A model generated the notes under the pieces. It did no database searches and had not been told where the DNA came from. It saw only the letters and a program-made list of their open reading frames with translations. DNA of 64,000 bases, from NCBI GenBank assembly GCA_963612735.1, contig CAVDWX010000092.1:3439-67438 (forward strand), given 5' to 3'. Shown here piece by piece: positions 49,219 through 59,775 of the stretch (positions are counted from its first letter, which is position 1; the number at the start of each line of letters is the position of its first letter). The stretch is from Gemmiger formicilis (GTDB taxonomy: Bacteria; Bacillota_I; Bacilli_A; RFN20; CAG-826). Position numbers and translations under genes: made by a program.

Positions 49219-49491
49219 TTATTCCCCTTCTTCATCGTCTTCTAAGCATTCGTCCCAAAAGTCATCTTCGTCATCGTCGTCATCTTCATACCAAGCGTGG
49301 CTTCCGTCTGCTTCGATGTCTTCTGCTTCGGCAATACTTAGAAAACCTTCATAATCGTCTTCAAAACTTGATAATGCTCTCGTTTCAATTTCTTCAACAC
49401 TCATACTTTCTAGTCTTTCGCCGTCTTCTAATTCAATGACAACACTTCCGTCTAATGTAATTTTTAATGGAACTCTTACTAATTTACTCAT
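49219..49491 (-). CDS. hyper-acidic small protein (candidate DNA mimic)
   Basis: 90 aa, ends YEDDDDDEDDFWDECLEDDEEGE. About 40 percent D/E overall. Confidence 0.45.
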   Translation of the reverse strand: MSKLVRVPLKITLDGSVVIELEDGERLESMSVEEIETRALSSFEDDYEGFLSIAEAEDIEADGSHAWYEDDDDDEDDFWDECLEDDEEGE

Positions 49492-49530
49492 AATTTTTTA
49501 CCTACCTTTTCTTTTTTTATTTACACTAAT

Positions 49531-49560
49531 ATTATATCATACTTACATATCACTTGTCAA
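49531..49560 (-). promoter_or_regulatory. class B sigma70 promoter with upstream GGCAGACGGGAAA element
   Basis: cttgacaagtgatatgtaagtatgatataatatta on the minus strand. Confidence 0.6.
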
Positions 49561-49588
49561 GCCTTACGCTTTGTTTTTTCCCGTCTGC

Positions 49589-49804
49589 CTAGTTTTGCCA
49601 TTCACCTTCTAAATCAAAGTATAAACTGCCCAACCATTCACCATTAAGACTATATATTCTTAATTCTTGACCTATTGAAAATCTTTTTACATCATATTCA
49701 ACATCAAGTCTTTTTAATTGTTCTTGAATTTTTTCTAAATCAGTCATTCTCTTTTTCTCCTTTCCGTCTGCTAAGCAAACCATAATATAAACACGTTTAA
49801 GCAT
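49589..49804 (-). CDS. hypothetical small protein
   Basis: Intact 71-aa ORF. Confidence 0.35.
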   Translation of the reverse strand: MLKRVYIMVCLADGKEKKRMTDLEKIQEQLKRLDVEYDVKRFSIGQELRIYSLNGEWLGSLYFDLEGEWQN

Positions 49805-50025
49805 ATTCCCGCTAAATGCATAGCAATTCCATTTATATGCCTATCAGTTGCAAAGTCTTTAATTAACCCTAAACTTGCAATAACTAAACCAAACACCGCA
49901 CCAACATTAAACCCCACAAACACAATCAAACCTACATTAATTAGTTGTAAAATGGCTCTAATATCGTTCATTTCAAACTTGTATCTTTGTTCTATCTTAA
50001 AAAATCTTTTTACCAACTCTTTCAT
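49771..50025 (-). CDS. small two-TM membrane protein
   Basis: LIVFVGFNVGAVFGLVIASLGLI and LAGICLNVFILWFA hydrophobic segments. Confidence 0.4.
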   Translation of the reverse strand: MKELVKRFFKIEQRYKFEMNDIRAILQLINVGLIVFVGFNVGAVFGLVIASLGLIKDFATDRHINGIAMHLAGICLNVFILWFA

Positions 50026-50069
50026 AATTTAGTCCTTTCCGTCTGCCGGTGGTAGTGATAGGTCAGTGC

Positions 50070-50585
50070 CTACCACTCAAACCATCCGTCTGGGTATATT
50101 TCCCCTATATGTTCTATAAGTGGCTTTACTATTTTTATGCTTTTACCTTTGCCACTTGCTATCCATTCCCTACAATTTTTGCCGTAATCATCTAATAATA
50201 TGCCTCCTTTAGTTTTTGCATAATCGGCTTTATTTTTACCAACTCTCATTATTATGATATGGCTTTTTTTAATTTGTGGATAGTGATATTTTAGCCATTC
50301 CCTTTTATCCCTATCCGCTTGTTTATTGGGGCTTGCGGATAGAATATATAAATTTATATATGGGCTTTTTAATAGACTTTCAAAGCCTTCTTGATTAATT
50401 GGTTTAAGTTTTTTAAAGAAGCCTTTTTCAGTTTTAAAGCGTTCAAGTGCATTAATTTGTCCACCAAAGTCAGCAATAACGCCATCCATATCGCAATATA
50501 CATTTATTTTTAAACCCTTATAAAGGCTTTTTAAGTTTCTTTCTTTAACTAGTTTCTTATATTGTTTAGTCAATTTTTTATTCAT
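50070..50585 (-). CDS. 5'(3')-deoxyribonucleotidase (NT5C-like HAD phosphatase)
   Basis: HAD motif I CDMDGVIADF identical in pattern to the NT5C family DMDGVLADF. Confidence 0.65.
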   Translation of the reverse strand: MNKKLTKQYKKLVKERNLKSLYKGLKINVYCDMDGVIADFGGQINALERFKTEKGFFKKLKPINQEGFESLLKSPYINLYILSASPNKQADRDKREWLKYHYPQIKKSHIIIMRVGKNKADYAKTKGGILLDDYGKNCREWIASGKGKSIKIVKPLIEHIGEIYPDGWFEW

Positions 50586-50662
50586 TTTATCTTTTACCTA
50601 CCTTATTATTTTATTTTATTGTGGGCTTGTTTTAGGTGTAAGCCCTAACCACCTTTAAACTC

Positions 50663-51217
50663 TTAGAAACCTAACAACTCATTTAATTCTTGTATTGGTG
50701 TTCCGTTATTTGTTGGTTTAATGTGTCCGTAATTATCATAAACCAATGTTTTAGGTGTATTTAAGAATATGCCCTTATTGGTTATTAAGATAATTTTTTG
50801 AGTATTTTTTCTTAATTCGCTACCATATGCAAAACCCGTAGTAAACTTTATTTCGTAATTGGTTGTATTTATTAACCCTAAATCACTTAATAAATCACTA
50901 TCTAATTTATAAGTGTTTAAATCATTAAAACCATTTTTTGCCCTAGTGCTTACGCCCTTGATAGTGTCGCCCTTAACATAAGATTTTATTATTATTTTAA
51001 ATAGTATTTCAGCAAGTGAGCCACGATTTACCATAACTAAGCCTTTTGATTTAGTGCATTCTACTTGCACCATTTCAAAGTCGCAATACTCACAATTTAA
51101 TAATTTAAGTAATGTATCATTACTAGTTTTTGCTTTTGCTTGTGCTAGAGTGTTTAATTCTAACATCGCTTTTAATTCTTTTTTGTTTAATGTTAAGATT
51201 TGTTTGTTTGTTGTCAT
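50663..51217 (-). CDS. hypothetical protein (184 aa)
   Basis: Intact ORF. Confidence 0.4.
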   Translation of the reverse strand: MTTNKQILTLNKKELKAMLELNTLAQAKAKTSNDTLLKLLNCEYCDFEMVQVECTKSKGLVMVNRGSLAEILFKIIIKSYVKGDTIKGVSTRAKNGFNDLNTYKLDSDLLSDLGLINTTNYEIKFTTGFAYGSELRKNTQKIILITNKGIFLNTPKTLVYDNYGHIKPTNNGTPIQELNELLGF

Positions 51218-51245
51218 AATTTTATACCTACCTTTATTTATATTT

Positions 51246-51412
51246 TTGTAAGTGTGTTAAGTCCGTCTATCTCAACCACCTTACATACAATATTATACCA
51301 TATCTTAAAACTTTATGCAAATAATATGCATTATTAAATTAAAATATTTTTTAAATATTATATGTAAGTGTTTTTTGTTTCCGTCTATCTCAACCACCTT
51401 ACACATAATATT
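51246..51412. repeat. two 40-bp direct repeats containing CCGTCTA and a TATAAT-like element
   Basis: gtccgtctatctcaaccaccttacatacaatattatacca at 51248 and tttccgtctatctcaaccaccttacacataatattatacca at 51373. Confidence 0.7.
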
Positions 51413-51479
51413 ATACCACAAATAAAATAATAAGTCAATAGAAAAACAAAAAATCTTTTATGAAAACGTTTTCATTTTA

Positions 51480-51650
51480 CATTTTACACATCAAAAACAA
51501 AAATAAAATCAAAATATATAAATAAAGATATGATTTTTAAATTAAATCATATCAAAAATAAAAATATAAAATATATAAAATAAATAATTAAAATAATTTT
51601 AAAATATAAACAAGATAAAAACTAAATCAATTAATTTTAATATATTCTTA
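51480..51650. other. extreme AT-rich tract (over 85 percent A+T) flanked by repeats and a G-rich/C-rich tract; candidate DNA unwinding element
   Basis: A-tracts and AAAAT repeats with no ORF, followed by gggcggtggtgtgttagtggtgttggtgtgtagtgtaaaggtgggcgggggtag and ccccacaccccctctgg. Confidence 0.4.
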
Positions 51651-51834
51651 TCATGGGCGGTGGTGTGTTAGTGGTGTTGGTGTGTAGTGTAAAGGTGGGC
51701 GGGGGTAGAATAAATTTTTTTGAAATTTTTTCTTTTTCCCCACACCCCCTCTGGCCAATCCGGCATACGACAATTTTTAGATATGACAAATTTTTGACTT
51801 CGATGATTTTTTGATTTCTACTTTTTATTCCACC

Positions 51835-52885
51835 CAATCTCTCTCGCTCCCATCGTTTCAATCCATCATTCTTCTCTTTCATTTAACCATTTACTGCGAT
51901 CTCCACCCTTACCATCTCAAACTTCTACTACCTCTCAAGTCACCTCATCCGGCCTACTGACCATCGCATACAATCTCTCGTTACCTTTCGCTTCTACTCC
52001 AATCATTTTCTTAATATGAGTATATCAACGTTCACTTATCTTGACAGCCTGTCCAATATAACAAACCTTTTCATCGTTCACTCAACTTAGTCTATAAATG
52101 CCACTAACAGCACCATCAACACTTAATGCCTTAACCATACGTTGAATTTCAGGCAACCACACCTTCTTCCAAGCAACGGTCATAAGTGCTTCCCTTAACT
52201 CAGGATATAACTCCACGACCTCATCCAACAATCCTAACATCCTCTCTTGACTTCTCGTCAGATGAAAAGTTTCAATGTGACGAACGCCTTCTTCTCCTTC
52301 GCCACCTATCAAACCAAGGGCCTGACGAAAACTTTCTTGCAGATGCGAAAGCTCATTTTCTACGTCCTTCATTTTTTGTCCTAGTTCCTCTAACCTGTGA
52401 TGACTTTGACTCTCTTCATTTTTCATTGCGGTTAAAAGTTCCTTCTTGGCAGCCTCATCAGCTTCAAGTTCCCGCATTCTTTCTTGTAACAACTGGCAAC
52501 GCCCTGATAAACCTTCGTACTGTAATGCCTCTTTTTGCGCTTCTTCCAGTTCTACTTTTACAGTCCTGTAATGTTTAAAAGTATCGGCCAACCTTACTTT
52601 CACTTCATCTATAGTGCGGCATAACTCTTCCTTCTCGGCACTCCGCGAAGCTAGTTGAATCTGCGCCTCTTTCAATTTAGGTTCAAGTTCATCGTGAAGA
52701 CTAGTTTGCAGTATTTCTTGTTTATCTTTTAATTCTTGCAGATGTCTATTATGAATATCAAACAGCTCATCTAATTCTTTAATTTGTTTTAATTTATTGC
52801 GAATTTGACTATTTAAAGCTACTATGAACCCTAATTCTACAAATAGACCTAAAACTATTAGTATTATTCCTATTATCTTTATCAT
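51835..52885 (-). CDS. membrane-anchored coiled-coil protein with Trp-rich C-terminal extension (TGA read-through)
   Basis: N-terminal TM IIGIILIVLGLFVELGFIVAL, then a long heptad-rich region. In code 4 the frame continues past TGA at 52082 for about 80 more codons. Higher GC than its surroundings. Confidence 0.45.
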
Positions 52886-52920
52886 TAATTATCTTCTTCC
52901 TTTCTTCGTTCCTCTCTATT

Positions 52921-52949
52921 ATATTATACTAATTTTTTGACCACTTGTC
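52921..52949 (-). promoter_or_regulatory. sigma70 consensus promoter (first early promoter adjacent to the divergent late region)
   Basis: cttgacaagtggtcaaaaaattagtataatataat on the minus strand. Confidence 0.65.
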
Positions 52950-53040
52950 AAGAAAAATTTTCGAACTCTTGAGACTTATTGACATTTTTCTTATCAAGCG
53001 CCTAAAAATTTTTCGATTTTTCAAAATTACCCCAATTAAA

Positions 53041-53070
53041 TTGGCGCGAATCTCAAAAATATTATATAAT
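53041..53070 (+). promoter_or_regulatory. plus-strand promoter for the late/packaging block
   Basis: TTGGCG-N18-TATAAT (extended tatataat) followed by RBS aaggaggtg and the ATG at 53100. Confidence 0.45.
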
Positions 53071-53099
53071 ATACTGTAATAAGGAGGTGTATATCACCT

Positions 53100-54194
53100 A
53101 TGCAAGACAACAATCATAATCACTTTCAATTTCCTATAGGTAAATGTCCTCATTGCGGAAAAACCAACCAAGTGCTTATGTTTTCAAACAACCCCTTATC
53201 AGGAGAAACCATCTGTTTTGATTGTATTAATAAGGCATTAAATTATCAAAATCTTTCTCATGCCGACTTCTTCTGCAGAACCTACAACCTTCCATTTCAA
53301 CCTGAAGTTTGGATGAAGTTAGCGGATGAAGAAGGTCAAGACACCTTTAAGGCTTACACCTGTCTTATCTTAACAGATGAAACCTTCCAACCCAATCTAT
53401 ACTACCAAAGCAGCACGGCAGATGTATGATCAAAGGTTAATGCCGAATGGGAGAAAACTAGAACTTTAACCTCCGTTATCAATAAAATTACGCCTATTAA
53501 AGAAGGTTACTTAATGCGCGGACGCTTAAAATGGGGCGATCAATATACTTTTGAAGAACTGATTCAATTAGACCAACTATATACTCGAACCATTAAAGCA
53601 AATAACATTATCAGTCCGATGCAAAAAGTGGCTGTTAAAACGTTATGTCAATTGCAAATGAAAGTTAATCAAGCCATTCGACTTGAAGATTCAAAGGCTT
53701 TGAAGGAATATTCATCTGCGTGGTCAACGTTTGCAAAACAAGCTAATCTAGAAGAAATGATTAATGAAGCAAAAACTGAAGATATTACTACTGTTGCTGA
53801 ACTATACAAATACATGGAAGATCAAGGCTTTATTTTTAAATACTTCCAAGGAGATTGTAAAGATGAAATTGATTTCGCTATTAAAGATATTCAAGATACT
53901 AATCGTCGTTTAATTTTGGAAAGTACTGGCTTACAAGCCCAACTTGAAGAAATGATTAGACAACGAACAATTAGTGCAGAAGAAGAATATGCCGCAAAAG
54001 TTATGAATGATGGTGTCACCGCCGAAGGTGGAACAACTGGTCTACAAGAATTATTAGATTTTAAAGCTGAGGATGCTCCAATAGAAACTGAGTCAGATGA
54101 TGAAGTCTTAGGAATTGATTTTAGCTCAGATAAAGAAAATGCAGACACCACAACGACCATAGTCCGCAATTCTACCGCTGCGGCAAAAAATTAG
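53100..54194 (+). CDS. zinc-ribbon protein (about 364 aa); possible terminase small subunit / DNA-binding packaging protein
   Basis: ORFs 53100..53429 and 53514..54194 are in one frame joined through TGA. N-terminal CPHCGK...CFDC zinc ribbon. Position immediately upstream of the terminase large subunit. Confidence 0.4.
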
Positions 54195-54213
54195 TGTCGG
54201 GAGGCTTGCAAAT

Positions 54214-56022
54214 ATGCTAGACGATTTAAACTTTTATGATGAAGATTATATGGAACCTGAAATAGCCGACCTAATAGAATTCTTTGATAATGAAGAGAGA
54301 CAAACTACTAATACCTTAACTAAAAAGCGCATTGATGAACATTTTCAAGAGGTGGGCAGATACTTAAATGAGTTTATGATATATCCTGATTTATTTGTTG
54401 ATTTACTTGTGCCGAAGCGTAGTCACTTCACATTATATCCATTTCAACGTATAATGATGAGATGCATGGCTCGTGGAACTGCAACTTATGAAACTTTATC
54501 ACGTGGTACCTCTAAATCATTTATTGCCGATTTGGAGCGCTACCTCCACTGTATGTTCGTTCCACGTCACAATACAACAATTACCGCCGGAACAATCAAA
54601 CAGGCAGCAGAAATTGCCAAGCAAAAATTCGTTAATGACTTATGGGTAAAATTCCCTCTTCTTGGTAACGAGATGCAACGTCGTGTAGTAGCCGGTAAAA
54701 AGATGGACCCGTTTTCAGTGCAAAAAGATTATGTATCATTTACTTTTAAAAACGGTTCGTCAATTTCATTAGGTAATGTCCGTGGTCTACGTCGTCAATC
54801 ATTAATCTTTGAAGAAGTTATTGAACAAGACGAAACCCTTGTAAATGAAGTTTATATTCCTATGTTAAATGAACCTCGTAAAATGAGTAATGGTTTAATA
54901 AATCCATACGAACCACAATCTCAAGAAATTTATATTACTACTGCGGGATACCAGCAGACGTTTGCATATCAAAAGCTTATTGAAATATTATGTCGTTCAG
55001 TTATGGATCCAAATAACTATTATGTTATCTGTGGAACTTATCGTATTCCATTATACCACGGTTTAACTGCGAAGAAAAAAATTGAGGACGTTATTAATTC
55101 TCCTTCATTTAGTAAATCTTCATTTGAACGTGAATATGAAAGTAGATGGAGTGACGCACCAGCTGGCGCGGCATTTAATGTTAATATGATCAGCGCATTG
55201 CGTCAAGTAAAGTTGACTGAATTAAAGAATAAATTAACTACCACTCAATTAAGTGACGGTTGCTTTTATGTCATCTGCGCCGATATGGCGAAAGATGGTG
55301 CGGCCGAAACGGCAGTCGGGGTAGCAAAAGTAATTCCAAAGGAACACTTTTTTACTTACAAATTTGTTAACCTATTTAGTATTACTTCAACTGACTACAT
55401 GGTTATTGCAAATGAATTTAAGAAAACCGTTCTACTCTATAACGCCAAACTTCTTATATACGATGCCAATGGTATCGGTGCAGCAATGCGAGATTGGTTG
55501 AATAAAGAAACTCGTGATGATAAAGGTATGATTTATGAGGGATTAGGAATTATTAATCCACCAACAGATGCCGAAAAAGATTTAATTGCATATCCTAAAG
55601 AGAAAACCATCTGTTATGAAATTAAGTCAGGTGGAACAATTGGAGAACAAATTCATTACTTCTTCTTCTCACGTATGAGTACCGGGGCTATTACTTACCC
55701 ACTTAAACTTACAGATGCAATTGCATTATATGGACGTAATAAAGGTTTCATGGATATGAGCATGCGCAAACAAAAAGAAGTTTTAGCACCATTCCAAGTA
55801 ATGGATAAAATGGAACAACAACTTAAAAACTTAGATATTCTAAACACATCTGACACAATGACCAACCGTTTAAAAATTGTTCGTCGTAATGCAAAAATTC
55901 AAAAGGACTATTTTTCTATGGCAGAGTATTTAGTATGAGCGGTTAATAAACAATTTGAATTAGAATATTACAAACGTAAACGACAAAAAGGCAAAGGTCG
56001 TAAAATTGCCTTCTTCGACTAA
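54214..56022 (+). CDS. terminase large subunit
   Basis: About 602 aa after TGA read-through. Has an ATPase-like N-domain (YPFQRIMMRCMARGTATYETLSRGTSKSF) and a nuclease-like C-terminal half. Located before the portal. Confidence 0.65.
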
Positions 56023-56040
56023 CGAAGGGAGAAAACAACT

Positions 56041-57597
56041 ATGGCAGATCCAAAATTACAATTTCGAAAAAATCGTATAGAAAAATTAAAAAACATGTAT
56101 GCAGATGACCAATCTTCTCGTCGTCGACAAGATAATAAACCATCTTATTTGTCATCTGATTATGCAAATGCATCAGCAGTTCGTCAAGCATTGTGGGGTT
56201 CCATTAATGATCCGAATACTTTAGCGGAAACATCTCGTAAACTTTATGCAACAAATCCTATTTACGCATCTGTTATTAATTATTTGGCAGATATGTATAC
56301 TTGGAATTACAAAGTTATTCCACACAAGGTTTATGCTAAGACAAAAGCAAAAGCCAAAAAAACTTTAAAACCAGATGACTTTCAATTAATGTATAATTTA
56401 ATGCTAGAAGTTGCAGATGGTCTTTCTATTGAAACTAAATTTCCGTCTTTATTAACATTATTATTTGTTACAGGTTCTGTTTACTTTACCACTTTTTGTG
56501 ACGAAGAAAATTATGCTATTGATACAATTTTATTGCCTAATAAATATTGCCGAAAAATCGGTGAAACTCAATTCGGAACAGCAATTATTCAATTAGATAT
56601 GAGCTATATTGATGATTTGGGTGGAAGTACAGATGAACTTAAAAAAGCTTTTTTAGAAGGTTTTCCTGTTGAATTTAAAAAATATTATAATGCCTATAAG
56701 CGTGATAGTCAAAAGCGTTGGGCAACATTAGATCCAAGATTTTCAAGTGCCATTTTACTAAATGACGCTGCAATCCCAACTTTTTTCTATCTTTATGGCG
56801 GAATTCTTGACTATGAAAAATATCAAGACAATGAATTGCAACGTAATGAAAATTTATTAAAGTACATTGTGGTTCAAACAATGCCTCATTATGAAGATAA
56901 ACTTATTTTTGAGGTAGATGAAGTTGAAGCATTGCACAAAAGTTTGCGTCGTATTGTAGAAACGAATGATAAGGCACGTTTAATCACTACTTATGGTGAT
57001 ATTAAAGTAGCTAAAATTGCCGAAAATGATACATCTGAAAATGAAGTATTAAGTAAAGCCTTCAAAGCAATCTTTAATAACGCCGGTTTCAATAGTGCAA
57101 TTTTTACGGCAGAAAGTGTTAATGCATTACAAATGTCTTTAGTACGTGATAAAGGTTTTGTATGGAGACATGTGCAAAAATTAGTTAACTTCTATAATAT
57201 TGCTATTAACAATTGATTTGATTTCAAGACCTACCAAGCGGATATTGAAATTTTACCAATTTCGCCGTATACTATCAATGACGATATAGGAAGATATAAA
57301 GCTAACGCTACACTTGGTGTTGGCAAGTTAGATTATTTTATAGCGTCAGGTATTAAGCAAAAGAATATTCAAGATCAATTAGACCTTGAGGACTTCTTAA
57401 AATTAGATGAGATTAAGCCAATGCAAACATCTTATACTCAAACTGCGGAAGATAGACAAGATGAACAGCAACAAGATGGCGACAGTGATTCATCTAATAA
57501 AAATGCTAAACAAGACAATAGCGCTCAAGAAGATAATACAAAAGATGGGGATACAAAATCAACTCCTGAAAATGAGCCATCAGGTCAAGATAAATAG
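56041..57597 (+). CDS. portal protein
   Basis: About 518 aa through TGA at 57214. Follows the terminase and has an acidic/polar C-terminal tail typical of portals. Confidence 0.55.
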
Positions 57598-57647
57598 AGC
57601 ATCTAACTATTAATTATTAAGCGCAGTCTTAAGAAAGAGGATTAAAG

Positions 57648-59231
57648 ATGAAAAAACCAACTATCAATTTCAGTTGGCCTGTTGTATTATCAGATTTCTC
57701 GAACAATGAAGATAAAAATTATGAAATCTTCTCTCGTTGTAAATTGAAAGTCTTTTACAAAGGAGAAACAGCAGATCATCGTTATTTCAGCGATGAATTC
57801 GCAGATCAATTAATTCGTTCTCTTCCTTACACACCTGTTGTAAGTAGATATGATGACGAAAGTGAAGATTTCGAAGGTCATGCTAGTCGTCAAGAAATCT
57901 TTGGTATCGTTGATCCTTGCGGAGAAATTACTTTTGAAGACGATGAAGAAGATGGAAAGATATGGTGTGTTGCAGATGTAATTTTATACACTGAACGTCC
58001 AGACCAATTGGGCGAACTTGCCAAAAAGATTCCAGGTCATCCTCATTCATTAGAATTAGATCCTAAATCAACTAAATACAAAATTAACTATGATGACAAG
58101 AAACACTTCAAAAACATTGAATTTACCGCAGGAGATTTTGTTGGCGTAAGTGTGCTTGGCATGAATCAAAAACCGGCTTTTACAGGTTCAACCTTCTTTG
58201 AAGAAAATAGTGAATTTACAAAGAAAATGCAATTGTTAAAGAATTATTGTGAAAGACGATTAGAAGAAAACCAACATGGAGGCGAAAAAATGAATTTAAG
58301 TGAATTCATCAAGTTAACATGGGGTGACATTTCTGTTAGAGTGGTAAACGCTATTCAAGAAGAATATCACGAAGAACTATATATTTGTCCAATAGATTTC
58401 TATGATGACAGTGTAGTTTGTCACGTATATTCTTTTATCGATGGAAGTACAACCTATTTTAGATTCTATTATACTATTGACGAAAATGCAGTAGTAACTT
58501 TAGGAGACGTAAAAGAAGTACATGTAGTTTGGGAAGATGTGCCTGAACCTACACCAGAACCTTCTCCTAATGCAAGCTTAGAAGACAATGCCACTGCAGC
58601 AGGAACAGACATGGGACAAGCAGAACCAGAACCTAGTGCAGATCCAGCAGAACCAGAAGTTGGTGAACAAACTGATTTTAATGATCAAACACCTGAAAAC
58701 GCTCCTGAACCTGAAGCTACACCAGATCCGGAACCTGTGAGTGCTGCCTCTACTATTGAGAATGAAGACGGTCACAACAGCGATGACCAACAATCAAATT
58801 TCACCGGTGCAGCAGCATCAGTAACAAATGTCGAAGACGCTCCACTAGTTAACGAAGGACAACAACAACAAGTTAATGAAAGTGAGTGTGGACATGAAAA
58901 CAAACAAAATGAGACTTCAAGTTCTACCTCATTTACTGACAGTGAAAGAGAAGAATATGAAAATCTTAAGAAAGCAAAAAAAGTCCAATTAGTCGATTCT
59001 TATAGGAATGTATTAACTGAAGAAGAGTACAACAACTATATTACTTCAATTGATACTTTTAGTGCTGAAGATCTTGAATTAGATTTATTAAAAATCTATA
59101 AACGTGTCAATGATGAAGCAAATGTTACATCTGTACGCGGTATTGGAAGAGCATTTACTGTGTATGCTCCAGAAACTAAAAACACAGAAAATCCACTAGA
59201 CGCATTTGTTCGTAAGAACCTAAAGCGCTAG
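57648..59231 (+). CDS. prohead protease / scaffold-like protein
   Basis: 527 aa with a central highly acidic Pro/Glu-rich low-complexity region (EPTPEPSPNA...PEPEATPDPEP) and a coiled-coil C-terminus. Sits between portal and capsid genes. Confidence 0.4.
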   Translation: MKKPTINFSWPVVLSDFSNNEDKNYEIFSRCKLKVFYKGETADHRYFSDEFADQLIRSLPYTPVVSRYDDESEDFEGHASRQEIFGIVDPCGEITFEDDEEDGKIWCVADVILYTERPDQLGELAKKIPGHPHSLELDPKSTKYKINYDDKKHFKNIEFTAGDFVGVSVLGMNQKPAFTGSTFFEENSEFTKKMQLLKNYCERRLEENQHGGEKMNLSEFIKLTWGDISVRVVNAIQEEYHEELYICPIDFYDDSVVCHVYSFIDGSTTYFRFYYTIDENAVVTLGDVKEVHVVWEDVPEPTPEPSPNASLEDNATAAGTDMGQAEPEPSADPAEPEVGEQTDFNDQTPENAPEPEATPDPEPVSAASTIENEDGHNSDDQQSNFTGAAASVTNVEDAPLVNEGQQQQVNESECGHENKQNETSSSTSFTDSEREEYENLKKAKKVQLVDSYRNVLTEEEYNNYITSIDTFSAEDLELDLLKIYKRVNDEANVTSVRGIGRAFTVYAPETKNTENPLDAFVRKNLKR

Positions 59232-59249
59232 AAAGAAGAGGTTATAAAA

Positions 59250-59768
59250 ATGATTGTAGATCTATTACCAAAATTTGAACAAATTGAAGTTAATAACCTT
59301 AAAGGCTTACAACCTGGTTTCGTTGTAGCACAAATGCCAGTCAAAGCACAATGTGAATACGTTAGAAAAGAAAATGGCGTTGAATATTTTGAAAATGGTC
59401 ATATTTGCGCTATCAGCGTAGACGGAATCAAAGTTCCTGAAGCAAGTGATAAGGTTTTATTTATTTCTTATAATGATCCTATCAACACTATTTTTAAAGG
59501 GGCTAATCTTTATGCAACTAATCTTGAAGAAGAATATGTTCGTTTAGTTCAATTAATTCCTGGTGATGAATGGATGAGTACAATTGATTACTTTGAAAAA
59601 GAAGGTGAACCTGAAGCACAAACATATAAATATGCTGGTGCCAGCGCCATCGAAGGAAGAGTAGTTAAAATAGAAGGCACAAGTGGTTTAGGCAAATCAG
59701 ATGATTGGTTTGAAGTTGATACAATGCCTGATGGAACAAAGGCTTACCACTATATTTATTTAGGATAG
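59250..59768 (+). CDS. hypothetical head protein (172 aa)
   Basis: Intact ORF with RBS, immediately upstream of the major capsid protein. Confidence 0.4.
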   Translation: MIVDLLPKFEQIEVNNLKGLQPGFVVAQMPVKAQCEYVRKENGVEYFENGHICAISVDGIKVPEASDKVLFISYNDPINTIFKGANLYATNLEEEYVRLVQLIPGDEWMSTIDYFEKEGEPEAQTYKYAGASAIEGRVVKIEGTSGLGKSDDWFEVDTMPDGTKAYHYIYLG

Positions 59769-59775
59769 GAGCGAG

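Noticed and set aside
51637-51882. ORF 51637..51882 (81 aa) as a separate gene
   Set aside because: In table 4 the upstream coiled-coil gene reads through TGA at 52082 and covers this region in another frame. The ORF is in pyrimidine-rich low-complexity sequence.
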